Shown here one piece after another: positions 26,264 through 34,942 of a stretch of DNA of 43,546 bases. The position numbers and the translations under genes were made by a program. Under the pieces are notes generated by a model. The model worked only from the letters and a program-made list of their open reading frames with translations, ran no database searches and was not told the origin of the DNA. This stretch comes from a virus (lineage: Duplodnaviria > Caudoviricetes). The DNA is taken from IMG/VR virus record IMGVR_UViG_3300037311_000460, positions 1 to 43,546 of that record; one strand, given 5' to 3'. Each line of letters starts with the position of its first letter. The stretch's first letter is position 1.

Positions 26264-26324
26264 TCGCGACGAGTGACGACCCGCGGCCGACCCGCACCTT
26301 TCCCGCAATACCGAGGCCCTGACG

Positions 26325-26792
26325 ATGCCGAGTACCGATCGCAAGACGCACTCCGTGAAGGACACCGCCACCGTGCCGCCCGAGGGCGGCGCGGAGGGCG
26401 CTTCGGGCAGTCCGGCTCCGCCGGCGGGCGATGGATCGCGTGCGGGCGCGGAGACGCCGCCGGCGGGGTCGGACGCTTCGCCGGGCGCGGAGACTGCGAC
26501 CGACGCCGTGCGACTGAGCAGCGTCGATGCGCCCCCGGTGGCCCCGATCACCGGGGCCAAGGTCGCGGGGGTCCCCGACGAGCCGGAGGTCGCAGTCGAT
26601 CCGGGGACGCTGCCGCACGATGACGCTTCGCTGCCTTGGTTTGACGTGGAGATTCCGCGCTCGCTCACCAAGCCGATGCGCGTGCAGGCCCGTCATGAAT
26701 CGGAGGCCCTCGCTCGCTACATGGCGGCGGTCGGCATCCACTCGCACCTGACGCCGGCGAACGTGGCGGCCGTCCCGGTCGCTGTCGCATGA
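26325..26792 (+). CDS. Hypothetical protein with low-complexity N-terminus
   Basis: ATGA overlap with the next gene; folded C-terminal segment VQARHESEALARYM. Confidence 0.65.
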   Translation: MPSTDRKTHSVKDTATVPPEGGAEGASGSPAPPAGDGSRAGAETPPAGSDASPGAETATDAVRLSSVDAPPVAPITGAKVAGVPDEPEVAVDPGTLPHDDASLPWFDVEIPRSLTKPMRVQARHESEALARYMAAVGIHSHLTPANVAAVPVAVA

Positions 26793-27028
26793 CGCCCACA
26801 GCACTCGCCGCGCTCGAGACCCGCTACGAAGCCGTTGCGGCGGAGATTGCGGGTCTCGACCCGACCAAGGCCGGGGGCCTGCCCAACGTGGGCGGGGGGG
26901 CGGAAACGGATCACACCGGCTACGTCGATCGACTGTACCGGGAACTGGAGCAGCTCGAGCAGCGGATCATCGACGGCCGTCGGTCGGTCGATGGGTCAAC
27001 GCACATTGCGCGGAGGGGGTACAGCTAG
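26789..27028 (+). CDS. Head-tail joining protein (gpW-like)
   Basis: 79 aa helix-hairpin-helix pattern; position after capsid. Confidence 0.6.
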   Translation: MTPTALAALETRYEAVAAEIAGLDPTKAGGLPNVGGGAETDHTGYVDRLYRELEQLEQRIIDGRRSVDGSTHIARRGYS

Positions 27029-27303
27029 TGGCCGACGAGCCCCAAACCGCCGACGAGTCGCCGAGCGACGCTCCGACCGAGGTGACCGGCGTTGCCAAGA
27101 CGTTGGCAGTTCGCCCTTACGAAGTGATCGTCTGGCCGACGGGCGCGGATGGCGGCGACCCCCTCACGGTGCTCGTCGATGCCACGACCCCCGGCGAGGC
27201 GATCGACGCAGCCCGTCGCGTCGCGGCGGAATCCGGACTTGGTGACGAGCAATCTTTGACCGTGTCGATTCGGCGGCGCTGCCTGCCGAGCGCTGGGGAG
27301 TGA
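27028..27303 (+). CDS. Hypothetical protein
   Basis: GGAGG RBS, 1-bp overlap with the previous gene. Confidence 0.6.
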   Translation: MADEPQTADESPSDAPTEVTGVAKTLAVRPYEVIVWPTGADGGDPLTVLVDATTPGEAIDAARRVAAESGLGDEQSLTVSIRRRCLPSAGE

Positions 27304-27304
27304 G

Positions 27305-27658
27305 ATGCCGACGTTCACCGAGGTGGCCGCTGCCCGTCGCCAAGAGTGGCGGCTCCTCGCAGCCCCCTCGGTAGTGAACGCCTCGATTGTGGTCGAGGGT
27401 GGCCCGACAACTCTGGCCAAGGCGCACCGCCTGAGCCCGACGCGCGAGACAACCACGAGCGGGTTCCAGGAATCGACCGGCGACGTGTCGCGTGACACTT
27501 GGCGTGTGTGGGGCCTGGACGCCACGCCGGTGATCGTTCCCGAGCGCACCAGCGTCACGATGGGCCAGCGTCGCTACCGAGTCGCCTCGTCGTCCGAGCG
27601 CTGGATTGATGGGGCGCTCATCAGTCATGACCTCGCGCTCGTGAGCTACCTGGACTAG
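27305..27658 (+). CDS. Putative head-closure/adaptor protein
   Basis: 117 aa, beta-rich, neck position. Confidence 0.6.
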   Translation: MPTFTEVAAARRQEWRLLAAPSVVNASIVVEGGPTTLAKAHRLSPTRETTTSGFQESTGDVSRDTWRVWGLDATPVIVPERTSVTMGQRRYRVASSSERWIDGALISHDLALVSYLD

Positions 27659-27662
27659 CCCC

Positions 27663-28136
27663 GTGCCGATCACCGCCACCGAACGCACCGCCTACAACGA
27701 GAGCCCCGAGGGACGCTTCCTGGTCGCCGTGGTGGACGCGCTCGACGCGCTCCCGATGGTCGCCGCCGAGTTCCCGAACCGGGCGCAGCTCAGGCGCAAC
27801 CCAACCACCGAGCGGGGCAAACCGAACCTTTTGCTGCTGCCGCTCGCCGAGCGCACCGACCTCGCGGGGGAAATCGGCCGGCGAATCGTGCGGTACGCGG
27901 CGGACGTGCTGCTCGTGGTTCCCGCGGACGACGAGACGCGTGGCCTGCCGTGGCAACTCAAGGTGCGGGACCAGATTGTTCGGCGTTTCGCGGGAGACCT
28001 CCCGGAGAACAGTTTCCTAACGAACGGCGACTGCTACGCGACGCGCGTCGAGTACCTATCGCGGTTCCCGGCGTCGCTGCGGTCGCAGGGGTGGGACGGG
28101 CAGGCGCTATCGATCACTGGACTCTACCGCGAGTGA
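27663..28136 (+). CDS. Putative tail terminator/neck protein
   Basis: 157 aa, neck position. Confidence 0.55.
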   Translation: MPITATERTAYNESPEGRFLVAVVDALDALPMVAAEFPNRAQLRRNPTTERGKPNLLLLPLAERTDLAGEIGRRIVRYAADVLLVVPADDETRGLPWQLKVRDQIVRRFAGDLPENSFLTNGDCYATRVEYLSRFPASLRSQGWDGQALSITGLYRE

Positions 28137-28139
28137 TCG

Positions 28140-28664
28140 ATGGCCCGGGTCTTTTCCACAACGATCGGGTGGCGCCCTGGGGCCGGTCCTCCGGAAGTGC
28201 TGGGGCGATTCCAGCAGGCGCTCGAGTCGCTCGACTACGCCCCCATCTTTCGGCAGACGCTGGGGGACCTGGAGGCGATGAGTCGCAACCGTTTCGCAGC
28301 CGAGTCGGGTCCGATGGGACCGTGGGCGCCGCTCGCACCGGCGACGATCAAGCGGAAGGGGCACGCGACGATCCTCGTTGAGACGGGTCGGCTGCGGGAC
28401 TCGCTGGGGAGTCGCAATCAAGACAGCGTGCGGGCGATCACCAAGAACCCACGCGGTAAGGGGGGTGGTCGGCTGCGTTATGGAACGGCGCGGCCTTGGG
28501 CGGCGCTGCACCAAGAGGGAGGGGCACGCGTCCCTGCCCGACCGTTCGTCGGCATCCTGAGCCGTGAGCGGCAGGCCATCCGCGAGCGCATCCGCGTGTA
28601 CACGATTCTCAAGCTCAACAGCCGGCGAGCCGGCGGAGGTGGATCATCGGCATCTGTAGCCTGA
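28140..28664 (+). CDS. Virion morphogenesis protein (Mu gpG / P2 S-like)
   Basis: WAPLAPATIKRK...ILVETGRLRDSL...YGT...AALHQEG...VPARPFVG. Confidence 0.9.
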   Translation: MARVFSTTIGWRPGAGPPEVLGRFQQALESLDYAPIFRQTLGDLEAMSRNRFAAESGPMGPWAPLAPATIKRKGHATILVETGRLRDSLGSRNQDSVRAITKNPRGKGGGRLRYGTARPWAALHQEGGARVPARPFVGILSRERQAIRERIRVYTILKLNSRRAGGGGSSASVA

Positions 28665-28711
28665 CCGGGGCCCCTGACCACGTTTGCATCGCGCAAGCCG
28701 GCGCCGGCGCT

Positions 28712-29575
28712 GTGACGTTCGGCGCGACAGCCGTTCGCGTTTTTCCGACGAGCAACACGCTCACCGCGAAGACCGAGCGGATTAAGGCGGGCACGATGCG
28801 GGGCCTCGTCTACGGTCACAGCCTCGACTCGGTCGAGGGGCGGACGATGGTCGGCGGGACGATCAGCCTTGAGCCTTCGCGCCAAGACCTCGCGTTCTGG
28901 CTGCCGCTCATCCTGGGGGCGGCGCCGGTTGGGAACCTGCACACGCCCGTCGCCACGCTGCTGCCATTCACGGTGCTGAATCGTGTCGGTCCGCTCATCA
29001 ACAACCGCTACAACGACTGCTACGTCAGCCGCGCCGTCTTCTCGGCTGCCGAAGGAGAGTCGCTCAAGCTCTCCCTCGACATTGTGGGGCGCGGCACCAG
29101 CGAGCTCACCGACGCAGCGGCTCTTGCGGCGATCAATGGGGCGGTCGCGCCGAACACGACCGGTCGCGGTCGGATCGTGCTGTTCTCCGAGGGGACTGTC
29201 TCCTATTCCAGCACGTTCCTCTCGGCGCGTTCGTTCAACATGACGATCGACAACCGCCTCGGAGCGCAGTTCTTCAGCGCCGCCGTCGCGCAGTGCGTTG
29301 AGCGAACCAACGTCCGCTCCACAATGCTGAACATCAACGCAACGCCCATCCACCAGACCAACAACGTGGTCTACAAGATTCCAAGCGGCGCCGGACTGCT
29401 GTCGTTCCTTTCGTCCGACTCGCGGGAGATTTCCTTCGACTTCCCCTCGCTGGCGCAGACGCGCGAGCACACGAAGGTCGAAGGGCCCGGCGTGATTTAC
29501 TCCCCGTTCGAGTTCGAGGCGCTGGGGACCCAAACCGCGCCCGAGTTCACCGCGACCCTCAATCTAGGAGCGTAA
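28712..29575 (+). CDS. Major tail tube protein (true start may be about 28646)
   Basis: VGGTISLEP, YNDCYV...FSAAEGESLKLSLDIVG, FNMTIDN; precedes the tail chaperone. Confidence 0.75.
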   Translation: MTFGATAVRVFPTSNTLTAKTERIKAGTMRGLVYGHSLDSVEGRTMVGGTISLEPSRQDLAFWLPLILGAAPVGNLHTPVATLLPFTVLNRVGPLINNRYNDCYVSRAVFSAAEGESLKLSLDIVGRGTSELTDAAALAAINGAVAPNTTGRGRIVLFSEGTVSYSSTFLSARSFNMTIDNRLGAQFFSAAVAQCVERTNVRSTMLNINATPIHQTNNVVYKIPSGAGLLSFLSSDSREISFDFPSLAQTREHTKVEGPGVIYSPFEFEALGTQTAPEFTATLNLGA

Positions 29576-29582
29576 GACCGCG

Positions 29583-30020
29583 ATGGCCCGCAAGCGATTC
29601 ACTGTCCCGAAGGACGATCAGGACTGCCACGTCTACCTGTCGGAGTGCGTCTACTGGCCCGAGCTGCGACTCACGTTCCGGCCGATCAGCAACAAGGCGC
29701 TCGCTTCCTACCAACGCGAGAGCGAGCGGGCGAAGGCCCACACGGTCGCGCACCAGGAGGCGATCCGGCACCGACTCATCGCCAAGCAGGTGACGAGCTG
29801 GACCATCCAGGACGATCGCGAGGCGGACGACGATACCCCCGAGGATCACGTCTTCGAGACGATGCCGATCACGGTTGAGGGAATCGAGGCGTTGCACCCG
29901 ATGCTAATCCGTAAGCTTGAAGCGATCGTCTTGTCGCTCGACTATGGCGATGAGGACCCGCTCGCTGGCGAGCCGGAGCGGTTCGGCGCGGCCGACAAGG
30001 AAGCGCTGCTGGGAAACTAG
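29583..30020 (+). CDS. Tail assembly chaperone (G)
   Basis: Ends in slippery G GGA AAC TAG; between tube and tape measure. Confidence 0.8.
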   Translation: MARKRFTVPKDDQDCHVYLSECVYWPELRLTFRPISNKALASYQRESERAKAHTVAHQEAIRHRLIAKQVTSWTIQDDREADDDTPEDHVFETMPITVEGIEALHPMLIRKLEAIVLSLDYGDEDPLAGEPERFGAADKEALLGN

Positions 30021-30442
30021 CGCGCGGCGTCGTGCTCCAGCGGCTGCACCCGGAGGTCGCTGGCCGTTCGTGCGACGACTGCCGCAAGTACATCTACACC
30101 GCGGCCGGGGAAATCGACACTTACCAGGACCTCGACGAGAGCGGCGCCGTGGTGAAGCGGCCGAAGGAACGCCTGCCGGGGATTCGCACGCCGTGCGACA
30201 CCCCGACCGGCTGCCCCAAGGGTCACTACACGGCCCCGTTCGAGCTCTCGTCGCGGGCCGCGTCCGCGCTCGACTACTACCGCCGCTGCCGAGCGGTGGG
30301 GCGCTTTGAAGACGACGAGTGGCTGACGACCTACGCGACGGCGATCGACGGAGCGGAACGGCTCTGCGACCGGATCGAAGCGCGGCAGAACGCGATCGCG
30401 GCCTTCGCGAGCGGCACGGCAAGGAGTGTGAGCGGTGGCTGA
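30011..30442 (+). CDS. -1 frameshift extension of the tail chaperone (GT)
   Basis: GGGAAAC at 30011-30017; -1 frame open to 30442; CDDC...CDTPTGC motif. Confidence 0.8.
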   Translation, partial: GKLARGVVLQRLHPEVAGRSCDDCRKYIYTAAGEIDTYQDLDESGAVVKRPKERLPGIRTPCDTPTGCPKGHYTAPFELSSRAASALDYYRRCRAVGRFEDDEWLTTYATAIDGAERLCDRIEARQNAIAAFASGTARSVSGG

Positions 30443-31904
30443 GAATGACCCGGTGGTGATCGACGTGGACGTTGCGCTCGCGAGCGGCGTCGATCAGAAG
30501 CTCAAGAACGTCACCGACAAGCTGAACGACGTGACCAAGCAAGCGTCGGCGACCGGCTCGGCGGTGAGCGAGCTCGAAGTCGCCGCGCCGAGCGTCCAGT
30601 GGGAAAAGGCAAGCTCGGCGCTCGACACGGTCAAGTCAAAAGCGATGGGGGTCGGCCAGGCACTGTTCAACGCTTTTGTGCCGTCGTGGTTGCGCGAGTT
30701 CACTCCGCGTTTGCTGGCCGTGGGGTCGGCAATCAAGGAGCTGACCGCGGCGACGTGGGCCTGGGCGGCGGCGATGGACTCGGCGATCGGCACAGCGGTG
30801 CTGGCGAAGCTGACGGCGTTCGGGGCAACCGCGATGACCGTGATCCGCGGCATCGGGGCGGCGATCGCGGGGAGCCTGCCGCTGGTGGCGGCGATTGGCG
30901 TGGCGGTGGGGGTGGGTCTGTACCTTTGGAACCAGCTCTCGGCGGCTGTGAACGCCAACAACGAGGCGCTCGAGCGAGGGGAGGAACTTGATCGCCAGCG
31001 TCTGGAGCTGCGCAAGAAACTCGTCGAGCAGACCAACGCGCTGATCCGGGCGGACGGGCAGCGGGAGGCGTCGCGGGCCGGCACGACGATGGAAGTCGCG
31101 GGGATGATCGCTAGTCCGCAGGCCGGGCAGCGCGGAATCGACTCGGCTCGGTCAATGCTCACCTCGCAGATCGACACCACCACCGCCGAGCGCAATCGCT
31201 GGCGAACCGAAGAAAGCGTCGATTCCCTTGTCTCGGGGGACGGAACGGCGCAGCTTGAAAACCAAGTGAGCGCGACTCAGACGCTGTTGGAGGCGAACCG
31301 GTCGCTGCTGTCGCTGCGCGAGAAAGAGTTCGAGATTCAGAAGTCGATCGTCCAGAAGCGAATCGAAGAAATCGACTCGCAGCGGAAGCTGGCCGACGAC
31401 GCCCAGGCGATCCTCGCTCAGCAAGAGCAGCGAGAACAGTCGCTTGCCGAGACGCTCGGCCGAATGAACGAGGCGCGTCGCGAGCAGGTCAAGCTCGCGC
31501 TCGACGCCTTCGAGGCGAACAAGACCGACCAGACCGCCGCGCAACTTGAAGGGGTGTTGGGTGGCCGAACTTCGATCACTTCCGACTTCTACGCTTCTCA
31601 GGTTGACGTGAAGGGTGGCGGCTTTGATGCGCTCTTGGAGAAGCTCACCGCGGAACAGCAGGCGACGGTCGATGCCGCCGACAAGCTCGCCGCGTCGCTC
31701 GGCGTCAACGGCGTCGAGGCTCTTATCGCCAAGCTTCAGGCGATGAAAGTGAAGGAGACGGCCGCGCTCGAGGACTTGGAAAAGTCGTTCGCGGAAGACG
31801 CGCAGAAGCTCGGCGACACCATCATCGGCCTCGTAAAGGAACTCGCCGAGCTGCGCGAGAAGGTCGATGAGGCGAAGCGCGAAGCCCAGACGCAGGGGGT
31901 GTAG
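30435..31904 (+). CDS. Tape measure protein (short, 489 aa)
   Basis: Ala/Leu-rich helical protein with central hydrophobic segment; follows G/GT. Confidence 0.8.
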   Translation: MAENDPVVIDVDVALASGVDQKLKNVTDKLNDVTKQASATGSAVSELEVAAPSVQWEKASSALDTVKSKAMGVGQALFNAFVPSWLREFTPRLLAVGSAIKELTAATWAWAAAMDSAIGTAVLAKLTAFGATAMTVIRGIGAAIAGSLPLVAAIGVAVGVGLYLWNQLSAAVNANNEALERGEELDRQRLELRKKLVEQTNALIRADGQREASRAGTTMEVAGMIASPQAGQRGIDSARSMLTSQIDTTTAERNRWRTEESVDSLVSGDGTAQLENQVSATQTLLEANRSLLSLREKEFEIQKSIVQKRIEEIDSQRKLADDAQAILAQQEQREQSLAETLGRMNEARREQVKLALDAFEANKTDQTAAQLEGVLGGRTSITSDFYASQVDVKGGGFDALLEKLTAEQQATVDAADKLAASLGVNGVEALIAKLQAMKVKETAALEDLEKSFAEDAQKLGDTIIGLVKELAELREKVDEAKREAQTQGV

Positions 31905-31907
31905 CCG

Positions 31908-32711
31908 ATGAAAGCGACCTACACGCCGCTCGGGGGATCGGCCTACAACCACGACGATCGCGACGTGATGGTCACGTCATATGAGGGTCGATTCGAGTTC
32001 GACGACTCGGTCGTGCCGGCCGGGGCCTACCGAGGCTGGACGCAATCCGCCGGCATCGAGTTCACCGTCTACGCGACGACGCAGGTAGCGCTAGCCGCGA
32101 AGATGTTGGAAGCGGAGCGGGCCTACGGGCTCGCGCCCCTCGCCGGTGGTGGGTACCGCTCGGCGCAGGGCGGGACGTTAGTCTTTCTCCACGCCGACGG
32201 CTCGACCGCGCTGCACGCCATCGACCCCACGCGCACAGCGGGCGCCAGCCGCGTCCGCAGCTTCGCCTGGAAGCCGGGCGAGGGGGTCGAGTACGCGACG
32301 CAGCGCACGGCTGTCGTGCAGTTCACCAACGGCATTCTACCTCCGGGTGGCGACGCCAATGCGCCCAACCAGGTGACGGTCGTCTACAACGAGGGGACGC
32401 AGCAGGAGTGGAACGGCGGGGGACCAGGCAGCGAATCGAGTAGCAGCTACGTCGAGGAATACTCGGCGGAGGGAGGCGATCCCACCTACGGCACGATCGC
32501 GCTGCCGTTCGGCGCGCCGTACCAGTACCTCGTGAACCAGCGGAGCGTTCTGCGCGAGAGGCACACGATCACGATCACGACCGTGGGGTCTTTTGCGCCA
32601 CCGCCGGGGACGTTCCTCCAGGCGCCGTGGAAGTTCACGCAGCGCAAGCAGCGTGAGCGTCGAAGCCCCAACAAGCACACGGCCACCTACACCTACAGTC
32701 GCGAGAGCTAG
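31908..32711 (+). CDS. Tail tip / distal tail protein
   Basis: Beta-rich 267 aa directly after TMP. Confidence 0.6.
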   Translation: MKATYTPLGGSAYNHDDRDVMVTSYEGRFEFDDSVVPAGAYRGWTQSAGIEFTVYATTQVALAAKMLEAERAYGLAPLAGGGYRSAQGGTLVFLHADGSTALHAIDPTRTAGASRVRSFAWKPGEGVEYATQRTAVVQFTNGILPPGGDANAPNQVTVVYNEGTQQEWNGGGPGSESSSSYVEEYSAEGGDPTYGTIALPFGAPYQYLVNQRSVLRERHTITITTVGSFAPPPGTFLQAPWKFTQRKQRERRSPNKHTATYTYSRES

Positions 32712-32714
32712 GGG

Positions 32715-34412
32715 ATGGCCGAGGTCTGGACCATCAGCTACCCCGGACTCTCGCGGATCGTCTCTGCGCGGGTGCGATTCCCGCGCGGGGTGGAGCCGGG
32801 GCGGATCGTGCTCGACTGCGTCGGAACCGATCAGAACCCGGCCGGCATCGGTATGGTGACGCTCACGGCCAGTGAGTCGCAGACGATCCAGTTCCCGGAC
32901 TGCGTCCCGATCGCCCGCGCCTTCCGGGGCGTGGGCTCCCCGCCGGGGGTGACGGTCACGCTGGTCGATCGCCGCTGGCGCTGGAAGTACGGGACCATCA
33001 CGGGGGCGTACAACGTGCGCGAGGGCGCCGGAGAACTGCGGTGGCCTAAGACGGCGCGCGAGCTGGCGACGATGCTCGCCGTGGCGATGGACGAACCCAA
33101 CGCCGACGTGCAACTGCTGCCCGACGCCGTGGGGCCCGAGGTCGATTGGTTTGGCGCGAACCCGGCGGCGGAGCTGGCCTTGCTCGCGCAGTCCTACGGT
33201 TGCGTGATCGGTTTCACCAACCAGAACCGCATGACGCTCTACCGCGAAGGGAAAGGGGGTGGCCTGCCGTCCCTGCCGCGCGTGTTCCAATCGGCGCTCG
33301 CCGGCGAGACGAAGCAACTTCCCTGGGCCGTGTCGCTCTACGGGGGGCCCGATGAGTTCGAAATGGTTTTGAACCTGACGCCCGTGGGGACCGAGACCGA
33401 CGGCCGCATCCTTTCGATTGACCAGCTCAGCTACAAGCCGGCGGGGCAGAGCTGGGGGCGGACTTACGCCGGCAAGTTCATGGCGGTGACTAACGAAGAG
33501 CACCGCAAGCTCGCGCAGCGCGACGTGTTCCGCATGTTCCGGGTCGATGGCCAAGGGGCGATCGGTAGCACCACCCCCGAGCCGACGAGCTTCGCAGCCG
33601 CGCACCCCTCGCGGGCCGCGATCACCGATCTCGAACAGCTCGAAATCCTCAACGTGCGCCCGGGCTTCGTCATCAACGAGGAGGGGAAGAAAGAGCCACG
33701 CGAAGCCCGCGTCTTCGGCGTGTTCCTTGACCCCGACGAGGAATCGGACGGCAACAGTGCGCCCAAGGACCCGTGGCCGCACGACCACAGCTACCGCGAC
33801 TCGGGGCGGATTGTGCAGCTCCAGAAGCCGGCAGTAAGGATCGACGCCAGCAAAGACATTGTGGCCCCCCGTCTGTGGTTCCAGACGTTGGTGCGCGTTC
33901 GTGACTCGACCAACAACGTCGAGGTGGCGACGGAGTACCGGCAGGTCGTGTCCAACGGGCCGGGCCCCAACGCCGCGCAGTCTAACGTGCTCGTCTTGCA
34001 TCATCCGGAGATTGTGCGCCAGCACGCTGTGACAGTGATCCCACCGGCGACGGACAACGGCACGCCCCCCACGGTGGCCGACGACGCCGCGGCCAATGCG
34101 GCCGAGCTCGCCGCCAAGACGACGGAGGCCAACTACTACATCGACGCGACGCTCGACCAGTACGCTCCGAAGCCCACGGGCTCGATGCAAGCGATGGGTC
34201 TGTGGGCGGTGGGGCACAGCGGGGACATTACCGAGGTAGCGTGGTCGCTGGGGGGAGGGCCGCCGACGACGAGCCTGACGCTCAATGCCGGCTCGCGGGG
34301 AGACGCGCTCACGTTCGAGGAACAGACACGGCGCGCCGATGCGTTGTCGCGGGCGGTCAAAGAGAAAGGGCGTCGCGCCCTGCCACGCGACCAGCGGAGG
34401 CGTCGAAAATGA
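32715..34412 (+). CDS. Tail hub / baseplate-like protein
   Basis: 565 aa; TLVDRRWRW, KTARELA..L; position. Confidence 0.65.
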   Translation: MAEVWTISYPGLSRIVSARVRFPRGVEPGRIVLDCVGTDQNPAGIGMVTLTASESQTIQFPDCVPIARAFRGVGSPPGVTVTLVDRRWRWKYGTITGAYNVREGAGELRWPKTARELATMLAVAMDEPNADVQLLPDAVGPEVDWFGANPAAELALLAQSYGCVIGFTNQNRMTLYREGKGGGLPSLPRVFQSALAGETKQLPWAVSLYGGPDEFEMVLNLTPVGTETDGRILSIDQLSYKPAGQSWGRTYAGKFMAVTNEEHRKLAQRDVFRMFRVDGQGAIGSTTPEPTSFAAAHPSRAAITDLEQLEILNVRPGFVINEEGKKEPREARVFGVFLDPDEESDGNSAPKDPWPHDHSYRDSGRIVQLQKPAVRIDASKDIVAPRLWFQTLVRVRDSTNNVEVATEYRQVVSNGPGPNAAQSNVLVLHHPEIVRQHAVTVIPPATDNGTPPTVADDAAANAAELAAKTTEANYYIDATLDQYAPKPTGSMQAMGLWAVGHSGDITEVAWSLGGGPPTTSLTLNAGSRGDALTFEEQTRRADALSRAVKEKGRRALPRDQRRRRK

Positions 34413-34942
34413 GCACCACAGCGCGGAATCTGACGATCAAGAACGACGGATCGACGACGATCCCCCCGCGCGGCGCGGTCGAGGTCACGACTGCTACGCG
34501 GCAAACGGACGGGACGCTCGTCTATAGCGTGCGGCGCCCGACCGACCCCATCGGCGGGACGATCCTGTTCAACCACCGCTCTCCGGTCGCCGCCAATCAG
34601 TGGGGCACGGCCAGCGACCGACCGGTCGAGCAAGGGCTCACAACGGGGGTCGCCGGCGACGAAGTAGGGCCGGTCAATGGGAGCTATGAGCTGCAACCCT
34701 CGGCGGCCATCAAGACGCACCGCGTGGTCGCGGTGCTGAATCCGGCCGATAAGCTTGCGTCGCTCGAGCGATTGGGAGGTGGGGGCGGCGGAGGGGGATG
34801 CCCCCAAGGAATCGAGGTAAACACGTCGGGCGGGCTTCACTTCCGCATCAACTGCGGCGGCGCGGTCAGCGCTTGGAAGACGATCCCCGCCGTGGTGTGC
34901 GAAGAAGGGGGCGCGGTCGTGCTAACGACGGTGGAGCCATGA
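34409..34942 (+). CDS. Tail-associated protein
   Basis: IKNDGSTTIPPRGAVEVT; ATGA overlaps at both ends. Confidence 0.65.
   Translation: MSTTARNLTIKNDGSTTIPPRGAVEVTTATRQTDGTLVYSVRRPTDPIGGTILFNHRSPVAANQWGTASDRPVEQGLTTGVAGDEVGPVNGSYELQPSAAIKTHRVVAVLNPADKLASLERLGGGGGGGGCPQGIEVNTSGGLHFRINCGGAVSAWKTIPAVVCEEGGAVVLTTVEP

Noticed and set aside
24392-34217. Long minus-strand ORFs (759 aa, 626 aa, 351 aa and others)
   Set aside because: Antisense shadows of high-GC structural genes with no motifs
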